A stretch of DNA of 63,106 nucleotides. It comes from Octopus bimaculoides. Lineage: Eukaryota. The number at the start of each line of letters is the position of its first letter. Within the stretch, counting starts at the first letter, position 1. Below are positions 26,224-40,844 of the stretch, piece after piece. The stretch is from contig NC_068982.1 in the NCBI RefSeq assembly GCF_001194135.2, positions 55,075,031 through 55,138,136 of the forward strand. Reading direction: 5' to 3'. The position numbers were made by a program, and so were the translations under genes. Below the pieces are notes generated by a model. It was not told the origin of the DNA. It was given only the letters and a program-made list of their open reading frames with translations, and searched no databases.

Positions 26224-26608
26224 CTTTGTTTGAGGGAAGTAAGAGAATTATTTTTAGTCGATTGATATTTTATTTTATTTATTTAGATTCTTAGTAGCAT
26301 GAAACGCTTTAGAATTTTTAGTTGATTGTATATACCTTTCTCATAGGCCGAATATATATCTGTATCTTTATTCGGTTATATATTTTACCTTCTCTGTTTT
26401 TTTTTTTATACGTATACTTTATATGTTTAAAAACCATGGTAATATTTATATATGATCAAATGTTTGAAGGTATGGTGCACGCAACTTCATCCTTATATAC
26501 ATATAGGTGTCTGCATGCATACATATATATTCAGACATCTATACATATAAATATACGTGTATATACAGGCATACATTCACACTCCTGCATATACGTATAT
26601 ACATTTAA

Positions 26609-26641
<33 letters not shown>

Positions 26642-26758
26642 CATCCTCCTATCGCACATCTACACCCGTACATATACAAACATATGCATATCCGTATAAA
26701 TGAAAGGGACGTGTGCATGAAAGTCGCACTTATGCACCGGACACAGTCTTACACTCAT

Positions 26759-26789
<31 letters not shown>

Positions 26790-26962
26790 TATACATATAA
26801 AAATATATACATGCATATACATATACTCACACACGTACACATTCACACATTGCGTCTATTGCTATTAATAGCCGACGGGAATGCATCGTGGCTCTTCGCT
26901 CCGATATTCGAAACTCCGAGTAGTAGAATGACAACTTCCTGATTGTCCTAAATTATACATAG

Positions 26963-27017
<55 letters not shown>

Positions 27018-27520
27018 TGTTTGCACAGGTATATATGACGTATATGAACAACACGGAGTTTCAGGGTTATTCGCTTGATAAATGGTCAGTTCCTGTCTTG
27101 GCAGTATGTTTTTCTTGCTTTTTTCTGCCTCCAATTAATTCTTGTATCTTATAACATTTCATATTGAACATCTTAGCAGTTAATTTGTTCAAAATGTGAT
27201 TCATAAAACGACAGTATGTCGCTTACACAGTATTGAGTCATAACCTATCCTGGTACAATAAGTCACTCAGAAAATAGGATACATTAAACTCAGCAAACAA
27301 TAAAGTTTTCTTTTTTTTTTTAAATAATAATTTGAAGAATTTTCTTCATACAATAAACACTTACGCAAGAGTATTTTGATCGTATACACCAGAAGAGTGA
27401 TCATATTGAGAGAGTGTCATTTCTTTTGGAAACCTTCCTATTGCATTACTTCACATACCGACATTTAAATTGTCGCAATCCAAAAGCAAGACGTAACTAC
27501 AAAATTATTTCATGGAAATG

Positions 27521-27566
<46 letters not shown>

Positions 27567-27770
27567 GAGAAATTCAATAATCTCTCAAAATATAGCAAAA
27601 AATGTTGTGTCACATTCCTCTGAAATACTTCATATATGATTCCCTGCTATTCCAAAATATCATCGGAGTTATATATCTTCCTTTGCGATTTGATATTCTT
27701 GCTAAAACAGTTTACAATGCCAACTGTAGGTAAGAACTTTCATGAAATAAGCATAAAAAATACTCCTTAC

Positions 27771-28051
27771 TTTCATTGCATACGCATATTTCACAAAAGT
27801 GGAGAACGGTGCTAAATCTCTATCATTATTAGGTTTGCCAGATATAAACAGAACAGTATCCACATAGTTGTCTACAACAGAACGCTAAAACCATATACTT
27901 GTTATTTGAGTTACCATTCAGAATATGTGAATATTTCATCTAAACTAAGAAAGAGAACCAACGGTTTCGAATCATGCAATTTCTCTTCACTGATGAGAAG
28001 TGTAGGATTCTTGGAGTTGTTATGGCTTTTTAACACAACACCAGACTTGAT
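27771..28051 (-). pseudogene. Decayed exon(s)
   Basis: catttgctag|ATC IKSGVVLKSHNNSKNPTLLISEEKLHDSKPLVLFLSLDEIFTYSE; after a frameshift, RSVVDNYVDTVLFISGKPNNDRDLAPFSTFVKYAYAMK|gtaagg. Confidence 0.5.
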
Positions 28052-29350
28052 CTAGCAAATGTAACTCAACACCAGACCTGATCTAGCAAATGTAAGACCA
28101 AGATTGAAACAAATGTATGAGCAAGATGCTCACCCACTTGCACGTTAATTTCACAAGCAGGCTGCTCCGTTGATCGGATCAACCGAAACACTCGTTGTCG
28201 TAACCGGAAGATTACTAGTTTTTTTTTTTAGAAGTTTTCATGCAAAACTCTTGTTTTGCATGAAAACTTCTAAAAAAAAAAACCTGGAATTAGAACAGTG
28301 AAGAAAAATATGCAAGTCATGTAAACACTCTACTGCTCTGTTATCTAAATTCTAATGACAAAGCGTTGTTTCCTACTTGGAAACCAGCTCCTCATCACAG
28401 GAAGCTTTCAAGAATTAAAAAATATAGCAGCATATATATATATATATATATATATAAGGATATTAAATAAACATCCTAAAGAAACTGCACTGGTATTATA
28501 GTAGGGTTGCAATGGTTACTAATAGGTGCAGTTGAAACGTGTAGATCTATGTAAATACGAGGGTATATATATNNNNNNNNNNNNNNNNNNNNNNNNNNNN
28601 NNNNNNNNNNNNNNNNNNNNNNNNNNNNNNNNNNNNNNNNNNNNNNNNNNNNNNNNNNNNNNNNNNNNNNNNNNNNNNNNNNNNNNNNNNNNNNNNNNNN
28701 NNNNNNNNNNNNNNNNNNNNNNNNNNNNNNNNNNNNNNNNNNNNNNNNNNNNNNNNNNNNNNNNNNNNNNNNNNNNNNNNNNNNNNNNNNNNNNNNNNNN
28801 NNNNNNNNNNNNNNNNNNNNNNNNNNNNNNNNNNNNNNNNNNNNNNNNNNNNNNNNNNNNNNNNNNNNNNNNNNNNNNNNNNNNNNNNNNNNNNNNNNNN
28901 NNNNNNNNNNNNNNNNNNNNNNNNNNNNNNNNNNNNNNNNNNNNNNNNNNNNNNNNNNNNNNNNNNNNNNNNNNNNNNNNNNNNNNNNNNNNNNNNNNNN
29001 NNNNNNNNNNNNNNNNNNNNNNNNNNNNNNNNNNNNNNNNNNNNNNNNNNNNNNNNNNNNNNNNNNNNNNNNNNNNNNNNNNNNNNNNNNNNNNNNNNNN
29101 NNNNNNNNNNNNNNNNNNNNNNNNNNNNNNNNNNNNNNNNNNNNNNNNNNNNNNNNNNNNNNNNNNNNNNNNNNNNNNNNNNNNNNNNNNNNNNNNNNNN
29201 NNNNNNNNNNNNNNNNNNNNNNNNNNNNNNNNNNNNNNNNNNNNNNNNNNNNNNNNNNNNNNNNATATATACATATATATATATATATATATAAAGAATT
29301 AAAGGTAATGCTATGCCACTTTTTAATAATCCTTGTTACTATTGTTGATA

Positions 29351-29407
<57 letters not shown>

Positions 29408-29668
29408 CAAATAGATTTGTAGGCGCTTAAACATACAACTGTACACACGGACGAGAAAATATATTCAAGCGGACAGACCACTGCCACTGCAGCTACATCT
29501 GTTCACATAAGACGTTCACACACATGAGTTAATGTTAATTCTCTCAGGCGTCTTATCTATACATCTATGGCATTAGCGAAGGTGGTAGTGGTGGATGGGC
29601 GCTGTTGAGTCTTATTTTCCTTGACTTGTCACAACTTACAAATAGTAATACCCCCACATTTAGAACAA

Positions 29669-29832
29669 CGAATGAAGGAACATATATACACCTGCATCAA
29701 CCTGAATAAATGTCAGGACTGTGATGGTTGGCAGATTCCCCTCGGTCTATAATGTCATAGGGCAGAAATTTAGGAGCGCCACATACTGTCTCATACTCGA
29801 CGCAAGTCTAATGAGACAGGAGCCATCTGAAA
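29669..29832. repeat. Identical 164-bp copy of 25889-26052
   Basis: Base-for-base identical at an offset of 3780. Confidence 0.95.
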
Positions 29833-30156
29833 GTTGAGTAGTCTTAGTAAACCAAAAGAAAATATATAGCAAGAAAAAACAACGATATATTTCTTAAGCG
29901 ACACAGCATATCAAGAGTCAACGACTGACTGTATTTAGAAGTTGACAACTTGTGTATACATCGAACTAAATGTGTAATGTTTACAAAAGCACGAACGAAA
30001 ACAACCGCACATAGGTTTCTATATATAAACAAGATCATATAAGATTTACTAATATGGTCATAAAACCTGAAATGTACAACAGAATAGAAAATGAGATGTG
30101 ACCTTTATGCCTTTCCAAGTGGTATCTGAAAAGCAATTATGTTAAACCTAGTACAT

Positions 30157-30521
30157 GTTGTTGTCGGCACTCTGTCGCTTACGACGTCGAGGGTTCCAGT
30201 TGATCCGATCAACGGAACAGCCTGCTCGTGAAATTAACGTGCAAGTGGCTGAGCACTCCACAGACACGTGTACACTTAACGTAGTTCTCGGGGATATTCA
30301 GCGTGACACAGTAGGACAAGGCACAACAGAAACAGGAAGTAAGAGTGAGGGAAAGTTGTGGTGAAAGAGTACAGCAGGGTTCGTCACCATCCCCTGCCGG
30401 AGCCTTGTAGAGTTTTAGGTGTTTTCGCTCAATAAACACTCACAATGCCTGGTCTGGGAATCGGAACCGCGATCCTATGACCGCGAGTCCGCTGCCCTAA
30501 CCACTGGGCCATTGTGCCTCC
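30157..30521 (-). mobile_element. SINE family A
   Basis: Reverse complement of the 2131 copy; TSD CTAGTACAT at 30148-30156 and 30528-30536. Confidence 0.92.
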
Positions 30522-31705
30522 ATAAATCTAGTACATATCTCAAACACATACTGCAAGAAATACATGCAAAAATACATGCGTATGTGTTGTTGGAGAGTGA
30601 GACATTAGATCCCCGAACCGCACTTTCGTTCGTTAGATTCATCACACCAGCCTGATGATGAATAATGATTATTTCTCTCCAGATCAATAAAAGGGAACCG
30701 TGGTTCTTGATAATAAATCTCTCGCTTAAATTAACACATATCACACTCTTACAAACTGGCCAAATAAAGTCGTATTGAGCATTTTTATGGTGTTTTTTTT
30801 TTTAGAGAAAATAAATTATATGTGTATGGGTGAGGAGGTGTGTTGGAATAAAATTATGGAACGCTAGATGTAATACACAGACATATATATATATATAAAC
30901 ACACATACAAACACACGCAGAGAGACATATATATGTGTGCATGAATATATGAATACATATATATATATGTATGTATGTATGTGTATGTATGTATGTATGT
31001 ATGTATGTATGNNNNNNNNNNNNNNNNNNNNNNNNNNNNNNNNNNNNNNNNNNNNNNNNNNNNNNNNNNNTATATATGTATATATATACATATGTATGTA
31101 TGTGTATGTATGTATGTATGTATGTATGTATGTATGTATGTGAATATATATATATATGTATGTATGTATGTGTATGTATGTATGTATGTATGTATGTATG
31201 CATATATGCATGCACGCGCGCGCGTGTGAATGTGTGTATATATGTGTGTATGTCTAATATAAGGTAATATTTATCCCCATTTAAAAGTGGATGCTGCGAT
31301 AGAACACAGAATACTGCGTTATTTACCATGAGAGAACTTACGGTGCATAAAAGCGCTCGTGATTATAACCCAAGTGGGAGATAATCGTTTGCTACCACTG
31401 CCGGAACTGCCACGAGTCCATATGAGATCTCTTATGGTAAATAAAGCAGTATTGTGTGTTCTAACGCAACATCCGTTTTTAAGTGGAAAAATAATATTCT
31501 CACTAAAAGGGTAATAGAAATATAATACAATTCTAGATGCATAGCAATAGATTGTTACTTCTATTTTTTTACTATCACTTCTGGTAACGGAAATTCTATC
31601 CACTTCAACATTCATTTTATATATTTTTCAAACTTGTTTCAGTTTTACACTGCAGTCTACTGCTCTCGCATATTTGTTTTCTGTCCCTATATCAAGGTAG
31701 TGTGT

Positions 31706-32093
31706 GGAGGCGCAATGGCCCAGAAGTTAGGGCAGCGGACTCGCGGTCATAGAATTGCGGTTCGATTCCCAGACCGGGCGTTGTGAGTGTTTATTGAGCG
31801 AAAACACCTAAAGCCCCACGTGGCTCTGGCAGGGGATGGTGGCGAACCCTGCTGTACTCTTTCACCACAACTTTCTCTCACTCTTATTTCCTGTTTCTGT
31901 TGTGCCTGTAATTCAAAGGGCCAGGCTTGTCAAACTGTGTCACGCTGAATATCCCCGAGAACTACGTTAAGGGTACACGTGTCTGTGGAGTGCTCAGCCA
32001 CTTGCACGTTAATTTCACGAGCAGGCTGTTCCATTGATTAGATCCACTGGAACCCTCGACGTCGTAAGCGACGGAGTGCCAACAATACAATAC
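31706..32093 (+). mobile_element. SINE family A
   Basis: Full length; TSD ATCAAGGTAGTGT at 31691-31703 and 32094-32106. Confidence 0.93.
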
Positions 32094-33334
32094 ATCAAGG
32101 TAGTGTAATTGGTAGAAAAGGGTAGGTTGTCAGATAAAAATTACCTAACTGCTCTTAGTTACTTCCCATTATGGTCTGTGTTTTAAAATACAGCCAATGT
32201 TGATCTTGCTTTATTTTCTCGAAATCGACAGAATAAATTCTAATCAAGAACTGAGCATCATATAACTGACTATGTGTAGTCATCTGTCCGTTAGACATTA
32301 CTGTTATGGATGTTGTTTAAAGCCTCTATGTTAAGGCATGTACTGTAGTCGCTTATGTAAGTCGTGATAACTGATATGTTTTCCTGACGTAAGCTTATAG
32401 AGTTTTATTTAAATTAAATGCTAATGATCTTGTGGAAGCAGAGGAGAGATAGTTAAATATCACCAATTTCAGGAAAGAATATTTGTGTTTATGAATTGGT
32501 ATTTGTTTCCACCGTGGAGGTAGAAAGATTACATTTAAAATGGTCGCACTCTTTTGTGACGAGAGATATTTCATATAGTAATAGTGATATCTACCTTCAT
32601 ACTTCAGAAGAAGAAGACGAGGAGCAGTTAGGTAAGTTTACACAATTAGAATCCAAAGAACTGACAGTTGAGATTCAAACAATGATACAATTAATGAGAA
32701 AATTAAATTATCAATTATCAACACAGATAATGAGAAAATTAGCGACACTGATAATGAGAGAATTGGAGGCGCAAATAATGAGCAAATCAGCAGTAATTTC
32801 GAAAAATATATAAGATATATAATATACAAACTAACAAAAAAAATACTAGCCACAACAATGCCGGTAACAGTGACATGGACAAGAGCAGTAATGTTAGTAG
32901 CGAAGCAGACATCACCGTCAAAACAACAATTCAAATTGAAAGGGGAGAAGTCAAAAAAGGAAATATTAAATGGACGAGATTACATCGTTGCCCCTCACAG
33001 ACAAGTGAGTCTAGATCAATGGTTCGCAACCATTTTACTCTACTGGACCTCCATAGCCATTTGATGAGTATAAAAAAAAACATCCTACTGTATTTTTATA
33101 TAGGATTTTTTGTTAAAAAATTGAAATATTTTGTGTAGTGTAGAAGTATAACTAATTTATTGCAAATAAACTTTAACAAAATCTTATATGGAACCCGAGG
33201 GCCATATGGATCTCCGTTGAGAATCACTGGTTTGAAGGAGACAAACATAAAATACGTGAGGAAAAGTCTTATTGTTATTTATTCATTTATTTATTTGACG
33301 TCCTTTGTTTTGTTTTCGTGTTATTATACGAAAA

Positions 33335-33745
33335 AGGCAGCAAGCTGGCAGAATCGTTAGCACGCTGGGCAAACTGCTTAGCGACATTTCGTCCGAAATT
33401 CCGCCGAGATCGACTTTGCCTTTCATCCTTCCAGGGTCGATGAAATAAGTACCAGTGGAGCACTAGGGTTGAAGTAATGGACTTACCTCCTCCCCTCAAA
33501 TATCAGGCCCTGTGCCTATAGTAAAAAGGTTATTATAAAATACAACAAGGCGGTGATCTGGCAGAATCGTTAGCACGCCGGGCATAATGCTTAGCGGCAT
33601 TTCGTCCGTGTTTACGTTCTGAGTTCAAACTTCCGCAGATGTCGACTTTACTTTTATCCTTACACAGTGAGGTCAATGTAATCGACTAGCACCCGCCTCC
33701 ACCCTTCAGATTTCAGGTTTTGTGCCTATAGTAGAGAGGATTATT
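33335..33745 (+). mobile_element. Two head-to-tail SINE C copies
   Basis: GCTGGCAGAATCGTTAGCACG at about 33345 and 33558. Confidence 0.85.
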
Positions 33746-33876
33746 ATAAAATACAAATGACAAAGCACAGAAAAATTGAATTGAAATCTGAGTTGACAAA
33801 CATTTGCGAGAGTTACATTACAAGATATACTAATGGTGATATAAGGCTTGTATGTCAAAAATAGAGAATGCATTAC

Positions 33877-34009
33877 CACAGACTGGTTCTTTTCACTGAG
33901 CTTCGATCCTACCTCAAACGAAACCCAAGTTAAGCGCCTGGAATTCGATATGGTACCAAATGCTCACAACTTTCTACCTATTGGGCAATGCAATCGATTG
34001 ACCATCTAC
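33877..34009 (-). pseudogene. Candidate decayed exon (phase 0 to 1)
   Basis: catacacag|VDGQSIALPNR*KVVSIWYHIEFQALNLGFV*GRIEAQ*KEPVC G|gtaatg; splice phase matches the 41752 donor. Confidence 0.4.
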
Positions 34010-35318
34010 CTGTGTATGTATGTGAGGATATAACAAGAGCATGAATGACAACATTCTGGGACACACTTAAACGTCGATAAGTTTGCATTGAATAGCTTTT
34101 TTTCCGGGGACATTCTTTTCAGAGTTCAGAGATGAATTTCTAAAAATCTTTCGCTTGATACTGCTAAATAGGTGTTGTCAGTTCAGGATAAGCATTAATG
34201 TCATCACCAGTAGAGATATTTTCCTCACGACGTATTTTAGTGTCTGCAAAAGGATGGAGTAACAGACAGGTAACAGACATATCCATTTGTCCATTGAGTC
34301 CATTATACAGTTCGCACTCTTGCGCTATTCGACAAGGAGTTACTGGCAATGTTCATCTATATTGTAGCTGTGATGGTAAAGGTAGTATTTAGAACGAGGC
34401 TGAAATGGCTAATAACCAGGTTATTTTTCTCCGACGGAACTATTAACTGTTTTTTAATGACCACTTGACGCGGAAGGTGACGGTGGAGAGACAAGTACTG
34501 ACTTCCAGTAGGTTTCATAATAAAACGTTGTCCTTTAGCCCCAGGTCAGGCCTGATCAAGCAAACTTACTATGGAAGGCATTCAACCTTGACAATCTTTT
34601 GTTCCTGCGTATTTAGGAGTAAATTGTAGAATGTATACCCTTCCTTTTTTTTCTTTTTCAAAGACGTTAGGATATGAATAAAATAAATTCGGTTACTATT
34701 TCTAGCAAGTCAAGCGACTGTTAGAGACTCCCTTAGTCTAGCCTGGATTTGAGAGAAAGCACAATTTCGAAGCAGAAAGTGGCCGGCATTTTGAAATACG
34801 ATAAGTTTGTTAGCAGAATCGGTAGAGTACAGGACAAAATGGCAGTGGATTGCGTTCGAATCGTGCTAATGCTGATTTTGCTTTTCATCTCTATAAGAAC
34901 GATAAAATAATTACCAGTTAAGCACTTGGGCTGGAGTCAAGTACTGCATGTAACTGTGTTTAACTCTGAATTAAATTCGACCCCATTACAACCACATCTA
35001 ATACCGTCTTAAACGTGGACAAACGTGGCAGTCTTCCGGGAGCCTTACGGGTTTAGAGGACCACTTCTAATTCAGGTATGTTGTGGCTTACTATCAAGGA
35101 GGCATTTTGACAAATTCTCGCTTATTAGAAAGCGAAAGGACCCACGTTATGCGACAAAAACAGTGATGTTTGGGGGTTAATGTCTGATGCTTTGCGGATA
35201 CATAAGAAGTGATGGTTCAAAAAAGTTGGTTAAAATTGACGGTACTTGAATAGTGCCAAATACATTCAGTCATTTCAACCGCTAACTTTACTAACCTATA
35301 TATATATATGTATGTATG

Positions 35319-35450
<132 letters not shown>

Positions 35451-38400
35451 TCTGTGTGTCTCTGTGTGTTTGTGATTGTTCCCCACCACCGTCTAAGAAC
35501 AGGCATTGATTTGTTAACGTTATCGTAACTTTGCGATTCGTCATAAACGCCCAATAAAATAAGTACCAGATTTTAATTAATAAGTACTGTGGTTGAGTTC
35601 TCCGACTTAAAATCTCCAAGGCAATGCAACAACAGCATGGTCACAGTCCAAAGACTGAAACAAGATAAAAATGTAAGTTAAAATATCGCAATTCTCTGCA
35701 TTTTCAACCACCGTATTAATATCACGGCAGCAAAACCCCTTCTACCACTATCACCATTGCTAACATCAGCAACACCAACACCACCTCCACCACTACCACC
35801 AGCTTCATCACAGCCAGCACCACTATCACCCACCACCACATTACTACACTACTACACTAAATACTTCACTCACTAACAGTTATACAAATGATTCCATACA
35901 TTCCACCTTCCCCTTTCTCCCTATCGCTTCCATATTATATAGCTGCCCCCTCACCCCATAATGATCATCACTATAATTATTATCATAATAACTGCTATTA
36001 TTTCAACAGGTTTATCCCCGCTCCCATCACAGTTATTTCTAACACTGCCATCCTTACTTCAACTCCCTTTTACCATTTATACGCCGTCTGCATTTAAACT
36101 AACGTTCAACGAAAAGACCACTAAGCAGTCGCTCTATCTGTTAAAAATAGCAACTAAATTTGCCTCAGCTACTAACCACTGTATTTAAACAAAAAGCAAG
36201 ATATATTTGTAGTGTTAGATGTACAATGTAGTCCTGGGCGTGCTGTATAGACTAAAATATGTTTTGTAGATATGCTTGATAGTGTTAGAGAAATATGTTA
36301 TGTATCTTAGGGTAAGGATAAAAGTCCTTCCCTACTCGTATAGACTCATAGGAGTCGTTCCCCGACTTCTGTGACGCATATATTCTCCCGCGAGAGGTGT
36401 CGCCGTTTCGTCGAAGGAATACTCATTTTTGCCAACTGAGTATTTTGCCTGAGGCGTTAATGATTTTGACTGGTTACCACCTTATAATTTAACTCAGGCC
36501 AACGTCATAGGCGTCGATCTGTGATAAGAAGGGATCTAGACGGTTTGGTTGCCAGCATCAATTCTGTTCGAATTGATTTCATATTCAGTGCAATGATACA
36601 CTTTTATTGGCTAATGAAAGACGTGAAGATCATTTTCGTTATAAATCAATAAATAGTTATTAGCAATTTAAGTTTGAACATTTTGGTAATTTTAGCCAAT
36701 TGTAAGCCTCAGACATAATCATGCCTGTTTCCATAGTAACAAGCGGAACAAGAGAACCCCTTTGTCTGCGAGAAATACATTGAAACCTCTTGTTTTACAT
36801 TTCTGTTGACAACTGAACATGTGAATTTATGAACTGATCAAAAAATGTTTGTTTTTTAAGAATATTTAATTTGTAACGTATTGTTCATTGCATTTGTATT
36901 AAATGCATTTTGAATACTTAAAACTACTTAAGTTTTACTCATTTCTTTTTGTCACTGAGATGGTTGTGAGGTGTGCTAAAAATAACAGCTAAATAACGTT
37001 TTCTTTTTTTGGGGGGATAAATCTTTTGAATTAAGATAAACATCTATTTACATGAAAGAAAATTACTGGAGAACTTTCATCTAATTCTTCCAAATTTTTC
37101 TGTTAAAACTTATTGAAACTATTTGTGGAGAAAAATTGTAATGATGTGTTTATTGCATGTAACGTGTTGTTTATCGCTTTTGCATTAAATATGCATTTCA
37201 ACAGGTTTGTCCCCGCTCTCGTCACAGTTATTTCTTTTTGTCATTGAGGTGGATTGTGAAGCGTGCTAAAAGTAACAGCTAAATAATGTTTTGGGGATAA
37301 ATCTTTTTAGTTCATGCTATCGCATTAAATGCATATTGAATGCTTCAAACTACAAAACACGTGTTGCTTACAAATATTAACGACACGTGCAATTTTCTGG
37401 ATGTTGACGACAAAATGTGCAGTCACGCACAAATTGACAGCTTCCAAATCCTGTTTGTTGACTAGGTGAAAATGATCAAACTGTAAACCTGTATAACTTT
37501 TTAAAATCATTTTTCTGGAAAAAGTGAAATAACTCCAGCAGTTCAGCTTGGAAAAGTAGATTATTGAGTCAAATCTTAAAATCTTCGACAAACTTTAATT
37601 TTTGAAATGCCGGCAGTCAAACCCATGGTTCCGAGTTCAATCCCACGGTGTGGCACTATGGACGAATATCGTCTTCTATAGCTCCAAGATGATCAAAGCC
37701 TTGTGAGTATTTTAGATATGATATAAAGGTAAAAAAGAGATAGGGCATCGTTACGGTTTGAACGCCGCAGTACCAGATTGGGAGTAACCTACAACAACAC
37801 TATCACCAACCACCACGACTACCACTAACAACAACCAGCGCCTGCCTTTCCCCTGCATACATAATCCACATTAAAACCTCACTCATACATTCTACCCACT
37901 ACCATCACCGCCTTTACCAACACAAACTCTAGCACGGATATTAATACATGTAACCCGGCTACTGAAGCGTATATGGCATGTGTATGTGCTTTGTACGTGC
38001 GTGCGTGTGTGCGTGTGTGTGTCTGCGTGTGTGCCTGCGTGTGTGCCTGCGTGCATGTGTGTGTGTGTGCGTGTGTTTTGTGTATGCGTGTGTGTGTATG
38101 CGTGTTTAACCATTTATGAATTTTATTCATCTATGATTGTATATACAGTCTTACACACTCATTTATATGTATATTCATGCATACATATATACACACATAT
38201 TCATAGACACATATATACATATATAATATATATATATACACACACATACACATATAAATGGCTATATATGTGCATGTACATACACATATATATACATTTG
38301 TATATATATACAAGTATATTTATGTATGTGTGTTTTCTACGTATAAGAAAACACAAACATATGTGTGTATGTATGCATGCATGTTTGTATATATGTATGT

Positions 38401-38471
38401 ATGTATGTATGCATGTATGTATGTATGCATGCATTCATGCACGTATTTATTTATATATGTATGTATGCGTG

Positions 38472-38534
<63 letters not shown>

Positions 38535-38907
38535 GCACTCTCACACATATATATCAGGGTTGTTATTAGCGGTATTAATCTAGGAGGAAAATTTCAGAGT
38601 AACACGCCCCCTACCCACTACCTGTTTGCAAGTTTTTTTTGTTTTTGTTTTTTTGTTTTTGTTTTTTTTTTCCTTGATTTGTGAAAGTCTACAAATAAAT
38701 AAAAATGACGACAAGAAACAAGACAAAATTCCTTTCTGAATAACGAACTAATTCAGTTAGACCCATTAGTATCCGGGTTCTGCAGCTGCAATACAATGGG
38801 ACATATATATTTCCATAGCAAACAATTACCGTCTGAAATTATCTTCGTCTGTAATCTATGATTTTTATATAAAACGTCTTTTTTTTATACCGAAGAGATC
38901 TGAAGGG

Positions 38908-38938
<31 letters not shown>

Positions 38939-39155
38939 ACAAACAAAATAGCCTGTTAGAAAATCTCAATAGGAGATGAAAGTAGTAACTATAATGACAA
39001 GTAATGTTAATCGCCACGTTAGTATGGCTATTCGATGTTACGACTGTTTTAACTTCAGGCAGATCTTCTGCCAGCTGGTTATATTTGCAGCCTGTACATT
39101 GTATATATTGGAAGCAGGGGAGCGAACCCCTACCATCCTGCAGCTGATGACGGTA

Positions 39156-39205
39156 TCACGAGACCGAATCGGTTTCGGGTTATTTGTGCCCATCTTCAGT
39201 CGTGA
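39156..39205 (-). ncRNA. Type I hammerhead ribozyme
   Basis: UCACGA-CUGAAGA-U-GGG[CACAAAUAA]CCC-GAAA-CCG(AUU)CGG-UC^UCGUGA: perfect 6-bp stem I, GUC site (cleavage after 39162), one extra U after A9. Confidence 0.85.
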
Positions 39206-39330
39206 ACACCCAGCTGCTACATACATACTAACGTACGTACATGCATGCATGCATGTATGCAAGAATGCATGTATGCATGCATGCATACATACAAACATGC
39301 ATACATGCATGTACCCATACATACATACCT

Positions 39331-40010
39331 ATTGGGATGGTCAAAAAGTTTGTTCGGTCTTCGATATTAGACTTGAAGTCCTCTGATAGATAGCTAACTT
39401 TAGTCTGTCCCTTGCGGAAGTGCACTCGTCAGATACTTAACACTTCAACGTATTTTGGCGCGAACTTCCGATGAGACAAGTTGTATGTTGTGTACTTGGG
39501 GTCATTCTGAAAATGGAGATTCAAAATGAATATTATCAACACCTCATGCTATTAAAAAAACAAGGCAAGAAAGCAACGGAAATCTGCCGGAAGGTATGCG
39601 CTGTGTACGAAGAATATGCTGATACGGAGTGTGTGTCAGAAGTGGTTTTCAAGGTTTCGACCAGGAAAATATTTTGGTTCAAGATGCACCTCGATATGGC
39701 CAGGCAACTTAGTTTAACAGCGATAAAAGTGAACGAGTTAGTCGTGACCAACACCCGTTCTATGACCTAGATAATCGCAGATATTCTCAAAATATCCGAT
39801 CGAATGTTGAAAACTATCTGCATTAACTTGACTACATTAGTAGCATTGATGTTTGGGTTCCACATTAAATGAACGAGGCTAACCTCACCTAACGGATTTC
39901 CATCTGCAAATCCTTGATGAAACTTGAAGAAAATTATCCCTTTTCGAAAAGAATTGTGATAGGAAACAAAAATGGATTGTCTTTAACAATATGAAGTGCA
40001 AACACTAATG
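39331..40010 (+). mobile_element. Mariner 5' half (second family), frameshifted
   Basis: TIR-like TTGGGATGGTCAAAAAGTTTG; MEIQNEYYQHLML...KKATEICRKVCAVY...QKWFSRFR; ends near a degenerate IVTGDEKW. Confidence 0.85.
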
Positions 40011-40445
40011 GGAGAAGTGTGTCTTTGTGTCTGTGTTTGTCCACCACACCATTTGAAAACCGGCGTTGTTTTGTTTACATCTCCATAACTTAGTGGTTCA
40101 GTAAAAGTACAAAGTACAAAGCGTTTAAAGAATAAATACTTGGGTCGATTCGTTTGACTAAAAACTCTTCTGACACAAGTAAAAGATAAAAGGTATAAAT
40201 CCAGAAACAAGCATATTTAAGAATAATATATGATAGCAGCAGAGAGAGAGAGAGAGGGAGAGAGAGAGAGAGATAGAGAGAGAAAGAGAGAGAGAGAGAG
40301 ATAGGGAGAGAGAGGGGAAAAGGAAAAGAAGGGAAATTAAGAACAACAACAACGACAACAATAATTAAGGGGATATTTAAATGAATTGTGAAGTAGATGA
40401 AAGAAAAAAGAAGGATGAAGAAAACTGCTGCCTACTGCTGCTGCT

Positions 40446-40509
<64 letters not shown>

Positions 40510-40664
40510 NNNNNNNNNNNNNNNNNNNNNNNGAGGAGGAGGAGGAGGAGGAGGTGGAGGAGGATTTTGTGAAGGAGGATACAGAATGACAAATAATAGT
40601 AGCACTATATAAATAGTAAAACTTTTTCAGAACAGTGTATGTTGAAGCAAATCAAGTTATAGAT

Positions 40665-40811
40665 CAGTGGCTCCCAACCTGTGGTCCGCAAAGGTAGTAC
40701 TGGGGTTCCGAGAACATGTTAAAATCACGGGCCTTTCAATATCCTAGGGTCCGTTGGAAAACTCATTTAAATAAAAGGTATCCTTGGTAGTGAAAAGGTT
40801 GGGAACCACTG
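40665..40811. mobile_element. hAT-Charlie-type MITE
   Basis: TIRs CAGTGGCTCCCAACC and GGTTGGGAACCACTG; 8-bp TSD TTATAGAT / CTATAGGT. Confidence 0.85.
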
Positions 40812-40844
40812 CTATAGGTAATAGCGTGTAAATATTCTTTTCTA

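Noticed and set aside
27960-28000. Hammerhead-like GTGAAGA...CGAAAC
   Set aside because: The core and stem I are broken; an open exon frame explains it better.
32500-33110. piggyBac N-terminus
   Set aside because: Only an acidic, repeat-like frame; no TTAA-CCC terminus or catalytic motif.
34164-34392. Tc1 HTH remnant
   Set aside because: The resemblance is too weak and no TIR was found.
39141-39172. Plus-strand hammerhead overlapping the minus one (CUGAUGA-CGGU...ACC-GAAU)
   Set aside because: GAAU replaces GAAA, and no stem I or III partners were found.
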